Positions 33,394-41,256 of a DNA stretch of 41,256 nucleotides are shown in pieces. The notes under the pieces are model-generated. The model saw only the letters and a list, made by a program, of their open reading frames with translations. It did not search any database and had not been told where the DNA came from. The stretch covers positions 1 to 41,256 of the forward strand of contig CAVJHY010000001.1 in NCBI GenBank assembly GCA_963649405.1, written 5' to 3'. Both the position numbers and the translations under genes were made by a program. This DNA is from a bacterium. GTDB taxonomy: Bacteria; Bacillota; Clostridia; Christensenellales; Aristaeellaceae. Each line of letters starts with the position of its first letter. Position 1 is the stretch's first letter.

Positions 33394-34232
33394 CCGTTCG
33401 GGAGGCGCTTCGCACGGCGGAAGGTATGCTGCGTGAGGCTCAGGTGTCGGATGCCCGTCTGGATGCCGAATATTTGCTGGCCGAGGTGCTTGACGCGCCT
33501 CGGCTGCTTGTGTGTCTGTCGGGCGAAACTGTGCTGACGGAGGGGCGTTTGGAGGCGTTTTTTGCCTTTGTGAAAAGGCGGAAAACCCGCGAACCGCTCC
33601 AATATATCTTGGGAACGCAGCCATTCATGGGCTTTGATTTTCTCGTTACGCCCGATGTGCTGATTCCCCGTGCGGACACGGAAGCCCTGTGCGAACAGGC
33701 GCTTTTGTATGCGGCGGACGGAAAAAAAGTGCTGGACTTATGCACAGGCTCCGGTGCGTTGGCGGTGGCCATCAAAAAGCTAAGCCCGCTTTGCCTTGTG
33801 ACGGCGGCAGATATAAGCAGTGAGGCGCTAAAAATCGCCAAGAAAAACGCGGCCGTGAACAAGGCGGATGTACGCTTTGCGCAGGGCGATTTGTGGAATG
33901 CCGTGCCGAACGAGCGTTTTTCCGTCATCGTCTCTAACCCGCCTTACATTCCGTCCGCTGAACTGCCTACTTTGCAGGAAGAGGTGCGGCGTGAGCCAGC
34001 CTTGGCATTGGACGGCGGTGCAGATGGGCTGAATTTTTATCGAAGAATTATAGAAGGTGTATCCGCGCATTTGGAAGCGGGCGGAGCGCTGCTCTTGGAA
34101 ACGGGCGATGGCGAACATGAGGCAGTCGCCCGCATGATGACCAAGGATTTTGAGGACATCCGCACGGTGAACGACCTAAACGGTTTGCCGCGGGTGGTGC
34201 TGGGCACGCTCAGGCACATGGAGGACACATGA
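33390..34232 (+). CDS. prmC: Peptide chain release factor N5-glutamine methyltransferase PrmC (HemK)
   Basis: SAM-binding [12 protein letters not shown] and the catalytic NPPY (VSNPPYIP). ATGA overlap with the upstream gene. Confidence 0.93.
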   Translation: MTVREALRTAEGMLREAQVSDARLDAEYLLAEVLDAPRLLVCLSGETVLTEGRLEAFFAFVKRRKTREPLQYILGTQPFMGFDFLVTPDVLIPRADTEALCEQALLYAADGKKVLDLCTGSGALAVAIKKLSPLCLVTAADISSEALKIAKKNAAVNKADVRFAQGDLWNAVPNERFSVIVSNPPYIPSAELPTLQEEVRREPALALDGGADGLNFYRRIIEGVSAHLEAGGALLLETGDGEHEAVARMMTKDFEDIRTVNDLNGLPRVVLGTLRHMEDT

Positions 34233-35293
34233 TCGAGGATAAATTTGAGGCTCTCTGTGCGCGTTACGAGGAGCTGACCGAGGCCGCCGCGCAGAACGAG
34301 ATTATTTTGGATGTCCCGCGCTATCAAAGCATTCTGCGGGAGCAGAAGCAGCTTGAGCCGGCGGTGAACGCTTGGAAAAGTTATCAGGCACTGCTTTCCC
34401 GCATTGCGCAGGCGCGGGAGATGGAAGCAGAGCCGGACTTTAAGGACATGGCCACCGAAGAATTAAAGACGCTGATTCCCGAAAAGGAACAGACGGAAAA
34501 GGACTTGCGGCTGTATCTGCTTCCCAAGGACAAGAACGATGAGCGCAGCGCCATTCTGGAAATTCGTCCCGGTGCGGGCGGGGATGAGGCAGCGCTGTTT
34601 GCAGGGCTGCTGGTCAGAATGTACACGCGCTATGCCGAGCGGCACGGTCTCAAGGTGGAGCCGATTGACATCACCGAGACCGAGCTGGGCGGCATCAAAG
34701 AGGCAGTGTTTTCCGTGACGGGTGCGGGCGTGTTTGCACGGATGAAGTACGAAAGCGGTGTGCACCGCATTCAGCGCGTGCCGATAACGGAAACGGCAGG
34801 GCGCATCCACACAAGCACTGCAACCGTCGCCGTGCTGCCGGAAGCGGAGGATGTGGAGGTCACGGTAAAGCCGGAGGACATTCGCATCGACACCTACCGC
34901 GCATCGGGTCACGGCGGGCAGTACATTAACCGAACGGACTCCGCCGTGCGCATTACGCATCTGCCGACCGGCTTGGTCGTGACCTGTCAGGACGAAAAAA
35001 GTCAGCTCAAGAATAAGGAAAAGGCCATGAAGGTGCTGAAGGCGCGGCTCTATGACCTGTATCGGACGCAGCAGGATGCGGAATACGCCATGAAGCGGCG
35101 CAGTCAGGTGGGCAGCGGCGAGCGCAATGAGCGCATCCGCACCTACAATTTCCGCGAAGGGCGCGTGACCGACCACCGCGTGGGGCTGACGCTGTACCGT
35201 CTGGACGACATCATGGACGGCGATTTGGACGAAATCATTGACGCGCTGGCTATGCAGGAACAGACGGAAAAATTAGCAATCATAAAGGTGTAA
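34229..35293 (+). CDS. prfA: Peptide chain release factor 1
   Basis: GGQ motif (SGHGGQYIN) and an RF1-type PxT region ([14 protein letters not shown]). ATGA overlap with prmC. Confidence 0.97.
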   Translation: MIEDKFEALCARYEELTEAAAQNEIILDVPRYQSILREQKQLEPAVNAWKSYQALLSRIAQAREMEAEPDFKDMATEELKTLIPEKEQTEKDLRLYLLPKDKNDERSAILEIRPGAGGDEAALFAGLLVRMYTRYAERHGLKVEPIDITETELGGIKEAVFSVTGAGVFARMKYESGVHRIQRVPITETAGRIHTSTATVAVLPEAEDVEVTVKPEDIRIDTYRASGHGGQYINRTDSAVRITHLPTGLVVTCQDEKSQLKNKEKAMKVLKARLYDLYRTQQDAEYAMKRRSQVGSGERNERIRTYNFREGRVTDHRVGLTLYRLDDIMDGDLDEIIDALAMQEQTEKLAIIKV

Positions 35294-35297
35294 AAAT

Positions 35298-36320
35298 ATG
35301 GATTATGAAACATTATGTCTGCCCGCCGATGAAAAATCCCTGCAGATGGCGGCAGACCTGTTCAAAAAAGGCGAATTGGTGGCGTTCCCGACCGAGACCG
35401 TGTATGGTCTTGGCGCGAATGCCTTGGATGAAGAGGCTGTGCGGCGCATTTTCGCCGCGAAAAATCGTCCGGCGGATAACCCGTTGATTGTCCATGTGGC
35501 ATTTCAAGAGCAGTTGGACGCGCTGTGCGAGGTCAGTGAGAACGCGAAAAAGCTGATGGCCGCCTATTGGCCGGGACCTTTGACCCTGCTATTGCCGAGA
35601 AAGAAAATCATTCCCGATGTGGTGACGGCAGGGCTTGCGTCTGTCGGTGTACGGATGCCGAGTCATCCCGTGGCGCACGAAATGCTGAAAATCTGCGGGC
35701 TGCCCATCGCCGCGCCCAGTGCCAACCTTTCCACCCGTCCAAGCCCGACCACTGCGCAGCATGTGATGGAGGACATGAACGGCAGAATCCCGCTTATTCT
35801 GGACGGCGGCGCGTGTGATGTGGGCGTGGAATCCACAGTGCTTGACTTGACGCACGAAACGCCCGTTGTCCTGCGCCCCGGTGCCATCACGCCCGCGATG
35901 ATTGCCAAGGTCTGCGGCAGCGCGTCCGTGGCGGACAGCGTGATGCGCCCATTAAAAGAGGGCGAAGCCGCGCCTTCACCCGGTATGCGCCACAAGCACT
36001 ATGCGCCGAGGGGCAAGATGACCATTCTGCGCGGAGATGAGCAGCGCGTCATTGAGGCTGTCAAGAAAGCCTATGATGCCAGCGAAAACGCTTGTATTTT
36101 GGCCATGACCCAGCACATTTCCGCCTACGGTGACCGCCGCGTAATGGATATGGGCGCGAACGACGCGGAAATCGCCCATAATATTTTCGCCCTGCTCCGC
36201 CGTGCGGACGAGCTGCATATCGACCGCCTCTTCGCCGAGGGCGTGGACAGCACTGATGTCGGCCTTGCCGTGATGAACAGAATGGCACGCGCCGCCGCTT
36301 TCGATATTATAGAAGAATAA
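35298..36320 (+). CDS. tsaC: L-threonylcarbamoyladenylate synthase (Sua5/YwlC long form of TsaC)
   Basis: YrdC-domain motifs (FPTETVYGLGANA, RIFAAKNRPADNPLIVH) plus a Sua5 C-terminal domain. Length 340 aa. Confidence 0.9.
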   Translation: MDYETLCLPADEKSLQMAADLFKKGELVAFPTETVYGLGANALDEEAVRRIFAAKNRPADNPLIVHVAFQEQLDALCEVSENAKKLMAAYWPGPLTLLLPRKKIIPDVVTAGLASVGVRMPSHPVAHEMLKICGLPIAAPSANLSTRPSPTTAQHVMEDMNGRIPLILDGGACDVGVESTVLDLTHETPVVLRPGAITPAMIAKVCGSASVADSVMRPLKEGEAAPSPGMRHKHYAPRGKMTILRGDEQRVIEAVKKAYDASENACILAMTQHISAYGDRRVMDMGANDAEIAHNIFALLRRADELHIDRLFAEGVDSTDVGLAVMNRMARAAAFDIIEE

Positions 36321-36323
36321 CAC

Positions 36324-36364
36324 AAAAACCGACTCTGCACATCCGCAGAGCCGGTTTTGTTTTT
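36324..36364. terminator. Bidirectional rho-independent terminator between convergent tsaC and ygjV-like genes
   Basis: AAAAA-CCGACTCTGC-ACATCC-GCAGAGCCGG-TTTTGTTTTT. A 10-position stem with one mismatch, flanked by an A-run and a T-run. Confidence 0.75.
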
Positions 36365-36373
36365 GCAGGAAAT

Positions 36374-36916
36374 TTACGCTTCAGCGCTTTCTTCCTTTCC
36401 CCAGAGCTTGCCTTCCCTATGGCGCAGAAGGTAAATAATCGCCATGATGAGGGAAGCAAGGTTGCCGAGCGCCTTCACATAATTTCGCAAGGAGAAATCG
36501 TACAATCCCCAGATGACGCAGGAGAACAGCATAATGAATTTCAGCGTTTTTTCATTTGCCTGATCCGCAACTACGGCAGCGGCGTAGATGGTGGCGACGA
36601 CCACAACCAGATACCCGATGAGACCGGAATTATTGAACACCATGCCCAGCACGAACGCAATGAGGACAAAGAAGACCTTTACGGGCTTTTTGTCCCAGCC
36701 CTTCAAAACAAACACATTGCGCACCGCCGCCACGCCGTCCTGAATCGCCCCCGCATAGCCCTGCACGCAGAGCTGACCCACCGTGACACACAGGTTTTGG
36801 AAGGTCTGCACGATGACCATTTTTCGCTTTGTTTTCATGGCTACGCTGATTAAATTCAGCAGCATCCCGATGCCTGACAAAACATTGGCCAAAATAATCC
36901 AGAATTTTTCATCCAT
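36374..36916 (-). CDS. Small polytopic membrane protein, YgjV-like
   Basis: 180 aa with about 5-6 hydrophobic segments. Size and organisation resemble E. coli YgjV. SD GGAAAGGA lies in the 17-nt gap after the ROK gene. The family call is tentative. Confidence 0.5.
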   Translation of the reverse strand: MDEKFWIILANVLSGIGMLLNLISVAMKTKRKMVIVQTFQNLCVTVGQLCVQGYAGAIQDGVAAVRNVFVLKGWDKKPVKVFFVLIAFVLGMVFNNSGLIGYLVVVVATIYAAAVVADQANEKTLKFIMLFSCVIWGLYDFSLRNYVKALGNLASLIMAIIYLLRHREGKLWGKEESAEA

Positions 36917-36933
36917 ATAGGTAAATCCTTTCC

Positions 36934-38166
36934 TTACAAGGACGCTTCAAGCGCTTGTTGTACGGCATCGCCGCTTTCTTCGACACCGAATTGACGGGTG
37001 AAAGGGAGCTCAGCCGCGCCCTTCGCATCCATTTCTTCATCGGCAGGGAGATAGGTGAATTTCGATGCGGACAAAATTTCCGGCAGACAGAGGAGCGACA
37101 TTTGTTCCTGTAGGGCGCTGATGAAGGTTTTGCTTTCACTGAGCCGCCCCTTTAACAGCACCGTGGCGGGGTTGACCACCATGATGGACGCCGAGAGCAT
37201 TTGGGCGACTGCCCGCCCTGCCCGCTCCATGAGCATTGCACAGCCTATGCAGCCCGCGTCCGCCGCCTTGCAGATGGCAGAAAGGCTGACAGGTTTGTCG
37301 CCCGTGATGGCGCGTAAAGTCTCAAATTCAGGCTCGTTGATGGCTTTCTGAGCGGCATTTTTTAGTGCGCCGCCGGCAACCACCGTTTCCAAACAGCCGC
37401 GCCGTCCGCAGTCGCAGGGTAGGTCATTGCCCTCGATGTGCATATGCCCGACCTCGCCGGAGAGGTAGCTTGCGCCGTTCCAAATCTGCCCGTTCACCGC
37501 CACACACATGCTGATGCCGCGCCCCATCTGCACGAATAGACAGGAGGCATCCTGTCCCTTGAAAAAGCAGCGGGCGGAGCTTTTCACGCCATGCTCCAAA
37601 TAGGTCGGCACATGAAAGCGGGTTTCAATAATGTCTCGAAGCGGCACATTTTCCCAATCGGGGATATGCACATAGCGGGTGATGATGCCCTTTTCCAAGT
37701 CGATGATGCCCGGCGCACCGATGCCGATGCCGCGCAGCCGAGAGCGCTTTTCGCCCATCTGATGAAGCAGCCTTTCAATGCAGCGCTCAATTTGGTCAAT
37801 GACCTCCTTGGCTGTCGGACAGCCGTTCAGCTCATAGCGATTAGACAGCACAACCTGATGCTCAAAGTTCATGCACACGCCGGAAATGCCGCCCGCGCTG
37901 AAGCGAATGCCGATAAAATAGCAGCCGTCAGGGTTAATGCGCAAGACCGTTGCCCGTCGTCCTGCGCTTTCCCGCGTCTCCTTGCCGACTGCGGTAATCA
38001 GCCCCTCGCTTAACAGCTCCTCCACCAAGGACAGGGCGCTTTCCATGCTCAAGCCCGTCTCGCGCTTGATGGATACCTTGCTGGGGTTGGGAGACTGACG
38101 GATGATTTCCAAAATCTGCCGCTTCCAGCGCGTATGCCGCAGGGCTGTTTTTTCGCTGACAGCCAT
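36934..38166 (-). CDS. ROK-family transcriptional regulator (NagC/XylR type)
   Basis: N-terminal winged-helix region, ROK glycine-rich GIGIGAPGIID, and Zn motif HMHIEGNDLPCDCGRRGCLE. I place the start at ATG 38166, 7 nt after GAAGGGAGG. The ORF-track start is TTG 38199. Confidence 0.85.
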   Translation of the reverse strand: MAVSEKTALRHTRWKRQILEIIRQSPNPSKVSIKRETGLSMESALSLVEELLSEGLITAVGKETRESAGRRATVLRINPDGCYFIGIRFSAGGISGVCMNFEHQVVLSNRYELNGCPTAKEVIDQIERCIERLLHQMGEKRSRLRGIGIGAPGIIDLEKGIITRYVHIPDWENVPLRDIIETRFHVPTYLEHGVKSSARCFFKGQDASCLFVQMGRGISMCVAVNGQIWNGASYLSGEVGHMHIEGNDLPCDCGRRGCLETVVAGGALKNAAQKAINEPEFETLRAITGDKPVSLSAICKAADAGCIGCAMLMERAGRAVAQMLSASIMVVNPATVLLKGRLSESKTFISALQEQMSLLCLPEILSASKFTYLPADEEMDAKGAAELPFTRQFGVEESGDAVQQALEASL

Positions 38167-38244
38167 TAGCCAGCCTCCCTTCTTTCCGTTTTTTGACAAC
38201 GGACGGCGAAGGCCAAAGAAGCCTCCGCCGCCTCAATGAAAAGC

Positions 38245-38273
38245 ATTATACACGATTTATAAGCCGCTGCCAA
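38245..38273 (-). promoter_or_regulatory. Internal sigma-A-type promoter for the ROK regulator gene
   Basis: On the minus strand: TTGGCA (38273-38268), 17 nt, TATAAT (38250-38245). The -35 lies in the last codons of the upstream NagB-like gene. Confidence 0.6.
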
Positions 38274-39054
38274 TACTTTCCGGCGCACAAAACACCACAT
38301 TTTGATGACCTTGCAGCAGGGAAGCGGGAATCTGCGCCTGAACGGGGTCATTGAAAACATGCTTGGCAATGCCGTGCTGCCAGTCCCTGTTCAGGGCGAT
38401 GTACACAGAACGGGAAGCCAGAATTTCCTTCATGCCCACGGTGATGCAGTATTCCGGCATACCACGAATATCGCCGCGTTGATAGCCGTAGGCGTTGATG
38501 GTGCGGGTTTCACGGCTGATGGGCAAGACCCTTGTGCCGAGAGCGCCAAATTCCTCCGCCGTCATGGGCGTATCCGCTTCGGGCGGCTCGTTGAAGGCAA
38601 TATGACCGTTGATGCCAAGACCGCCGAAGCAAGCCTCCGCATGATCTAAATCAGCCAGCATCTGGTCGTATTCCTGCTCGTGACCGGGCATCGGGAAATG
38701 CCGCTGACTTTCCGGCATCACCAAATCAGACCGTACACGGCTGTAAAATTCGCTGTTCATGCGCTGATGAAAGCTCATGAAATGGTCAGGCTCGATGGCC
38801 TTGTCCGGCGACCAGAGGTATTCGTCCATGTTGAAGAAATGCACATGATGCAGGGAGATATTCAGCCGGTTGACCAGCTCCGCCAAAATGGGGTACTGCC
38901 CAGTCGGACCGACGGGAACAATCATCACGCAGGGACGATTTTCCTTTTGACAGGTCAGGATTTTTTCCAGCATGGAAAGCGCCATATCAAGGTACAGGTC
39001 GCTTTCACTGCCTACTAACTTTAATTGAATCCCGCAGGGAAGCGTTTTTTCCAT
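38257..39054 (-). CDS. Glucosamine-6-phosphate deaminase/isomerase family protein (divergent NagB-like paralogue 2)
   Basis: FFNMDEYL and GGLGINGHIAFNEPPE retain the NagB catalytic Asp/His/Glu context. SD AAGGAG lies 8 nt upstream. Confidence 0.8.
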   Translation of the reverse strand: MEKTLPCGIQLKLVGSESDLYLDMALSMLEKILTCQKENRPCVMIVPVGPTGQYPILAELVNRLNISLHHVHFFNMDEYLWSPDKAIEPDHFMSFHQRMNSEFYSRVRSDLVMPESQRHFPMPGHEQEYDQMLADLDHAEACFGGLGINGHIAFNEPPEADTPMTAEEFGALGTRVLPISRETRTINAYGYQRGDIRGMPEYCITVGMKEILASRSVYIALNRDWQHGIAKHVFNDPVQAQIPASLLQGHQNVVFCAPESIGSGL

Positions 39055-39059
39055 GTTCG

Positions 39060-40244
39060 TTACTCCTTTTCATGGCGGCACTGTCCCGCAATGTAGACCT
39101 GTTTCACTTGGAAGTCGCTGTCCATCAGCACGATGTCCGCATCTTTGCCGATTTCAAGGCTGCCCTTTTGCTTTTCGATACCGCACAGGCGGGCAGGGGT
39201 CAGGGAGAGCATCTTGCTGACATCAGAAAGCGGCAGACCGTATTGCACATGCGCTGTGCGCAGGGCGCGATCCATCGTGCAGACGCTGCCCGCATAAGAG
39301 GAAAAGTCTTCTAATTGTGCTACATCATCCTTGACGACAACCGCCACGCCGCCTACACGCGGACCTAAAATGCTGTGGACATCGTTCGTCCCGGCGGCAC
39401 GCATAGCATCGGTAATCAGGGCGATTCTGTCCGCACCCTTGATTCTGTACGCAAGCTGCATACTTTCTTTCGGGATGTGACGACCATCGCCAATCAGTTC
39501 GATGGTCACATCATCGCGCAGATAGGTTGCCTCAATCACGCCCGCATGGACAATGCCGTTTTCCTTGTGGAAGGTCGTCATAGCATTGTAAAAATGCGTC
39601 GTGTGGGAGAAGCCAGCATCAAAGGCACGCATGGCGGTTTCGGCGTTCGCGGCGGTGTGCGCCACGGCAGCCAAAATGCCGTTTTCCTTCATCACTTGCG
39701 CAAACAGCTCCATGTTGGGCAGCTCCGGTGCCATATCCCAGCGAAGGATGCTGCCCTCTGCCAGGCGAATCATATGCTCCAGCATATCCCGCGTGGGCGT
39801 TCTTTGTTCACTGACGGGCTGAGCACCCTTGGAGGCAGAGGAAAAGAACGGTCCTTCTAAGTGCAGCCCCAAAAGCTGCGCCCCGTCCTGCTGATGCTTT
39901 TTGCATTGGAGAAAGCAGGAAATCGCCTGCTCCAAAAGCGCATCAGGGCAGGTCATGGTCGTGGCGACCAAGGCGGTTGTGCCGTGCTGCATATGGGTAC
40001 GGGTCGCCTTTTCAAAAGCATCCTCGGTGATGTCCATGAAATCCCCGTCACCGCCGCCGTGAACATGCAAATCAATAAAGCCGGACAGGATATAGCCATT
40101 GTGCGCATCGACCTGTTGAACATTTTCGGGAGCGGGCTGACAGAGGGCGGTGATCTTACCGTCCTCCGTCAGCAAAGAGCCGTTCTCTATCACGCCGTCA
40201 GGCAGCACCAAATGTCCGTGTCCGATCCAAAGCGCGTTTTTCAT
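39060..40244 (-). CDS. nagA: N-acetylglucosamine-6-phosphate deacetylase
   Basis: Amidohydrolase HxH in GFIDLHVHGGG and a NagA-type sequence throughout. Length 394 aa. Confidence 0.92.
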   Translation of the reverse strand: MKNALWIGHGHLVLPDGVIENGSLLTEDGKITALCQPAPENVQQVDAHNGYILSGFIDLHVHGGGDGDFMDITEDAFEKATRTHMQHGTTALVATTMTCPDALLEQAISCFLQCKKHQQDGAQLLGLHLEGPFFSSASKGAQPVSEQRTPTRDMLEHMIRLAEGSILRWDMAPELPNMELFAQVMKENGILAAVAHTAANAETAMRAFDAGFSHTTHFYNAMTTFHKENGIVHAGVIEATYLRDDVTIELIGDGRHIPKESMQLAYRIKGADRIALITDAMRAAGTNDVHSILGPRVGGVAVVVKDDVAQLEDFSSYAGSVCTMDRALRTAHVQYGLPLSDVSKMLSLTPARLCGIEKQKGSLEIGKDADIVLMDSDFQVKQVYIAGQCRHEKE

Positions 40245-40259
40245 GGTGCAGCCTCGGTC

Positions 40260-41114
40260 TTACTTGTTATAAATGCGGATTTCGGGAATGACCGGCGTGG
40301 TCGCGGCCAGCCGAATGGAATAAATCTTGGCATCGGGATGATTCTGGAACAGGGAAACCGGCACATGGCAGGTCACAGGACCGTGCAGCGCCTTGCGCAG
40401 CATGGCGGCGTTCCAGTCACGCGGCATGCACATACGCACCTTGCGGGCAAAGAAGATTTCCTTCATGCCCACGGTGATGCAAGTGTCCGGGATGGCATCC
40501 AAGTCCGCACCGGCGTTCATGTAGGCGTTGATGGTCTTGGTCTCACGGGCAATGTGCAGAATGCGGGTCGGGCGAGCAAGGAATTCCTCGTTCGTGCAGG
40601 CTTCGCCGGGTTCCGGCGGCTCGTTAAAAGCAATATGACCGGTGATGCCAACGCCGCCCCAGCACATATCCAGCTTGCCGAACTTCTGAATGATTTCCCA
40701 GACCTTGCCCTCGTTGCCGGGTTCGGGGAAGAAGCGCTGCTCTTCCGGCACATTCAGCTCAGGGTCAACGAGGCTGTAGAAGGTACGATCCATACCGCCG
40801 CGGAAGGAGAGTGGGTCGTCCTTGGGCAGATACCGGTTGTTCTTGTCCAGATATTCGTCCATGTTGATGAACCAGCAGTTCTTCAGGCTGATGCGGCGCG
40901 TATTCACCATGTCCACCAGACGGGCGTAGGGTCCCAGCGGGCCGTAGGGGATGATCATCACGGTCGGCTCGCCCTTCTTGTTGTTTTCTTCAATCAGCTC
41001 GGCCACTTCTATGGCCATCTTCCAATACAGGTCAACCTCAGTTTCACACAGCTCCACCTTGATGTTGCTGCCCTTGCCCAGCTCATTCGCGGGAATCGTC
41101 CGATAATCCACCAT
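40260..41114 (-). CDS. Glucosamine-6-phosphate deaminase/isomerase family protein (divergent NagB-like paralogue 1)
   Basis: FINMDEYL and GGVGITGHIAFNEPPE motifs. Length 284 aa. Clearly a paralogue of, but not identical to, 38257-39054. Confidence 0.8.
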   Translation of the reverse strand: MVDYRTIPANELGKGSNIKVELCETEVDLYWKMAIEVAELIEENNKKGEPTVMIIPYGPLGPYARLVDMVNTRRISLKNCWFINMDEYLDKNNRYLPKDDPLSFRGGMDRTFYSLVDPELNVPEEQRFFPEPGNEGKVWEIIQKFGKLDMCWGGVGITGHIAFNEPPEPGEACTNEEFLARPTRILHIARETKTINAYMNAGADLDAIPDTCITVGMKEIFFARKVRMCMPRDWNAAMLRKALHGPVTCHVPVSLFQNHPDAKIYSIRLAATTPVIPEIRIYNK

Positions 41115-41173
41115 AAACGTTCCTCTTTTCTTAGGCTTGACCGTTCATTCCGGCGGTAAATGCCTATATTTTC

Positions 41174-41197
41174 AATTAAATCGTTTTCGATTTAATT
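41174..41197. promoter_or_regulatory. Perfect 10+4+10 palindrome; candidate operator of the nag-type operon
   Basis: AATTAAATCG-TTTT-CGATTTAATT, located just downstream of the -10 of the promoter at 41206-41234. Confidence 0.6.
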
Positions 41198-41205
41198 TCA
41201 GCTAT

Positions 41206-41234
41206 ATCATACGCGCAAAGAATGGAAAAGTCAA
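41206..41234 (-). promoter_or_regulatory. Sigma-A-type promoter of the nag-type operon
   Basis: On the minus strand: TTGACT (41234-41229), 17 nt, TATGAT (41211-41206), about 90 nt upstream of the first NagB-like start. Confidence 0.65.
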
Positions 41235-41256
41235 GATTTGTGAGGAGAAAATTTAA

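Noticed and set aside
1-41256. A search for mobile elements, prophage genes, toxin-antitoxin pairs, restriction-modification, CRISPR-Cas, retron/DGR reverse transcriptases or other defence systems, and for tRNA/rRNA genes.
   Set aside because: No ORF shows transposase, integrase, nuclease-helicase, reverse-transcriptase or methyltransferase-restriction signatures; the only methyltransferase is PrmC. No tRNA-like cloverleaf or rRNA sequence was recognised. Every gene of at least 60 aa is accounted for by metabolic or housekeeping families.

Overview
This is a 41,256-nt chromosomal window whose gene content and synteny look like a Clostridia-type Firmicute. Coding DNA looks GC-rich and intergenic DNA AT-rich, judged by eye and not computed. 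I can support 35 protein-coding genes. I see no rRNA, tRNA, CRISPR array, transposase, integrase, phage gene or recognisable defence gene. There are four blocks. (1) 123-12598, minus strand: a tightly packed housekeeping gene string of radical-SAM protein, radical-SAM-linked protein, RNase G, MiaB, YmcA(RicA)-like protein, MutS, MutL and MiaA. It is followed by a 178-nt repeat-filled gap where hfq usually sits, then a YnbB-like PLP enzyme. (2) 12809-24400, minus strand: an 11-gene carbohydrate catabolic island. It encodes a FucI-family isomerase, class II aldolase, YihV-like PfkB kinase, aldose 1-epimerase, DUF4867-like protein, FAD-linked oxidoreductase, CCG-type Fe-S protein, FGGY kinase, EtfB, EtfA and an IolB-like isomerase. 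(3) 24725-31812, plus strand and divergent from block 2: an AraC-type response regulator, a CUT1-type ABC importer (binding protein plus two permeases, no ATPase) and a YesM-type histidine kinase. (4) 31941-41114: rpmE, DUF1385, prmC, prfA and tsaC on the plus strand. Convergent with these on the minus strand is a nag-type operon (NagB-like, NagA, second NagB-like, ROK regulator, YgjV-like membrane protein). The most unusual feature is the Etf + flavoenzyme + Fe-S module built into the sugar island, whose module mix fits no characterised pathway I know. Other points of interest: a dispersed heptanucleotide-repeat element (1395-1580 and 32323-32345) directly in front of the Shine-Dalgarno sites of two TTG-start genes; a ~140-nt element closed by a 15-bp stem (26302-26442); a 300-nt multi-hairpin spacer inside the sugar operon; and the translationally coupled rSAM/RNase G/MiaB unit. 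All family assignments come from reading the translations, and none has been checked by a database search.
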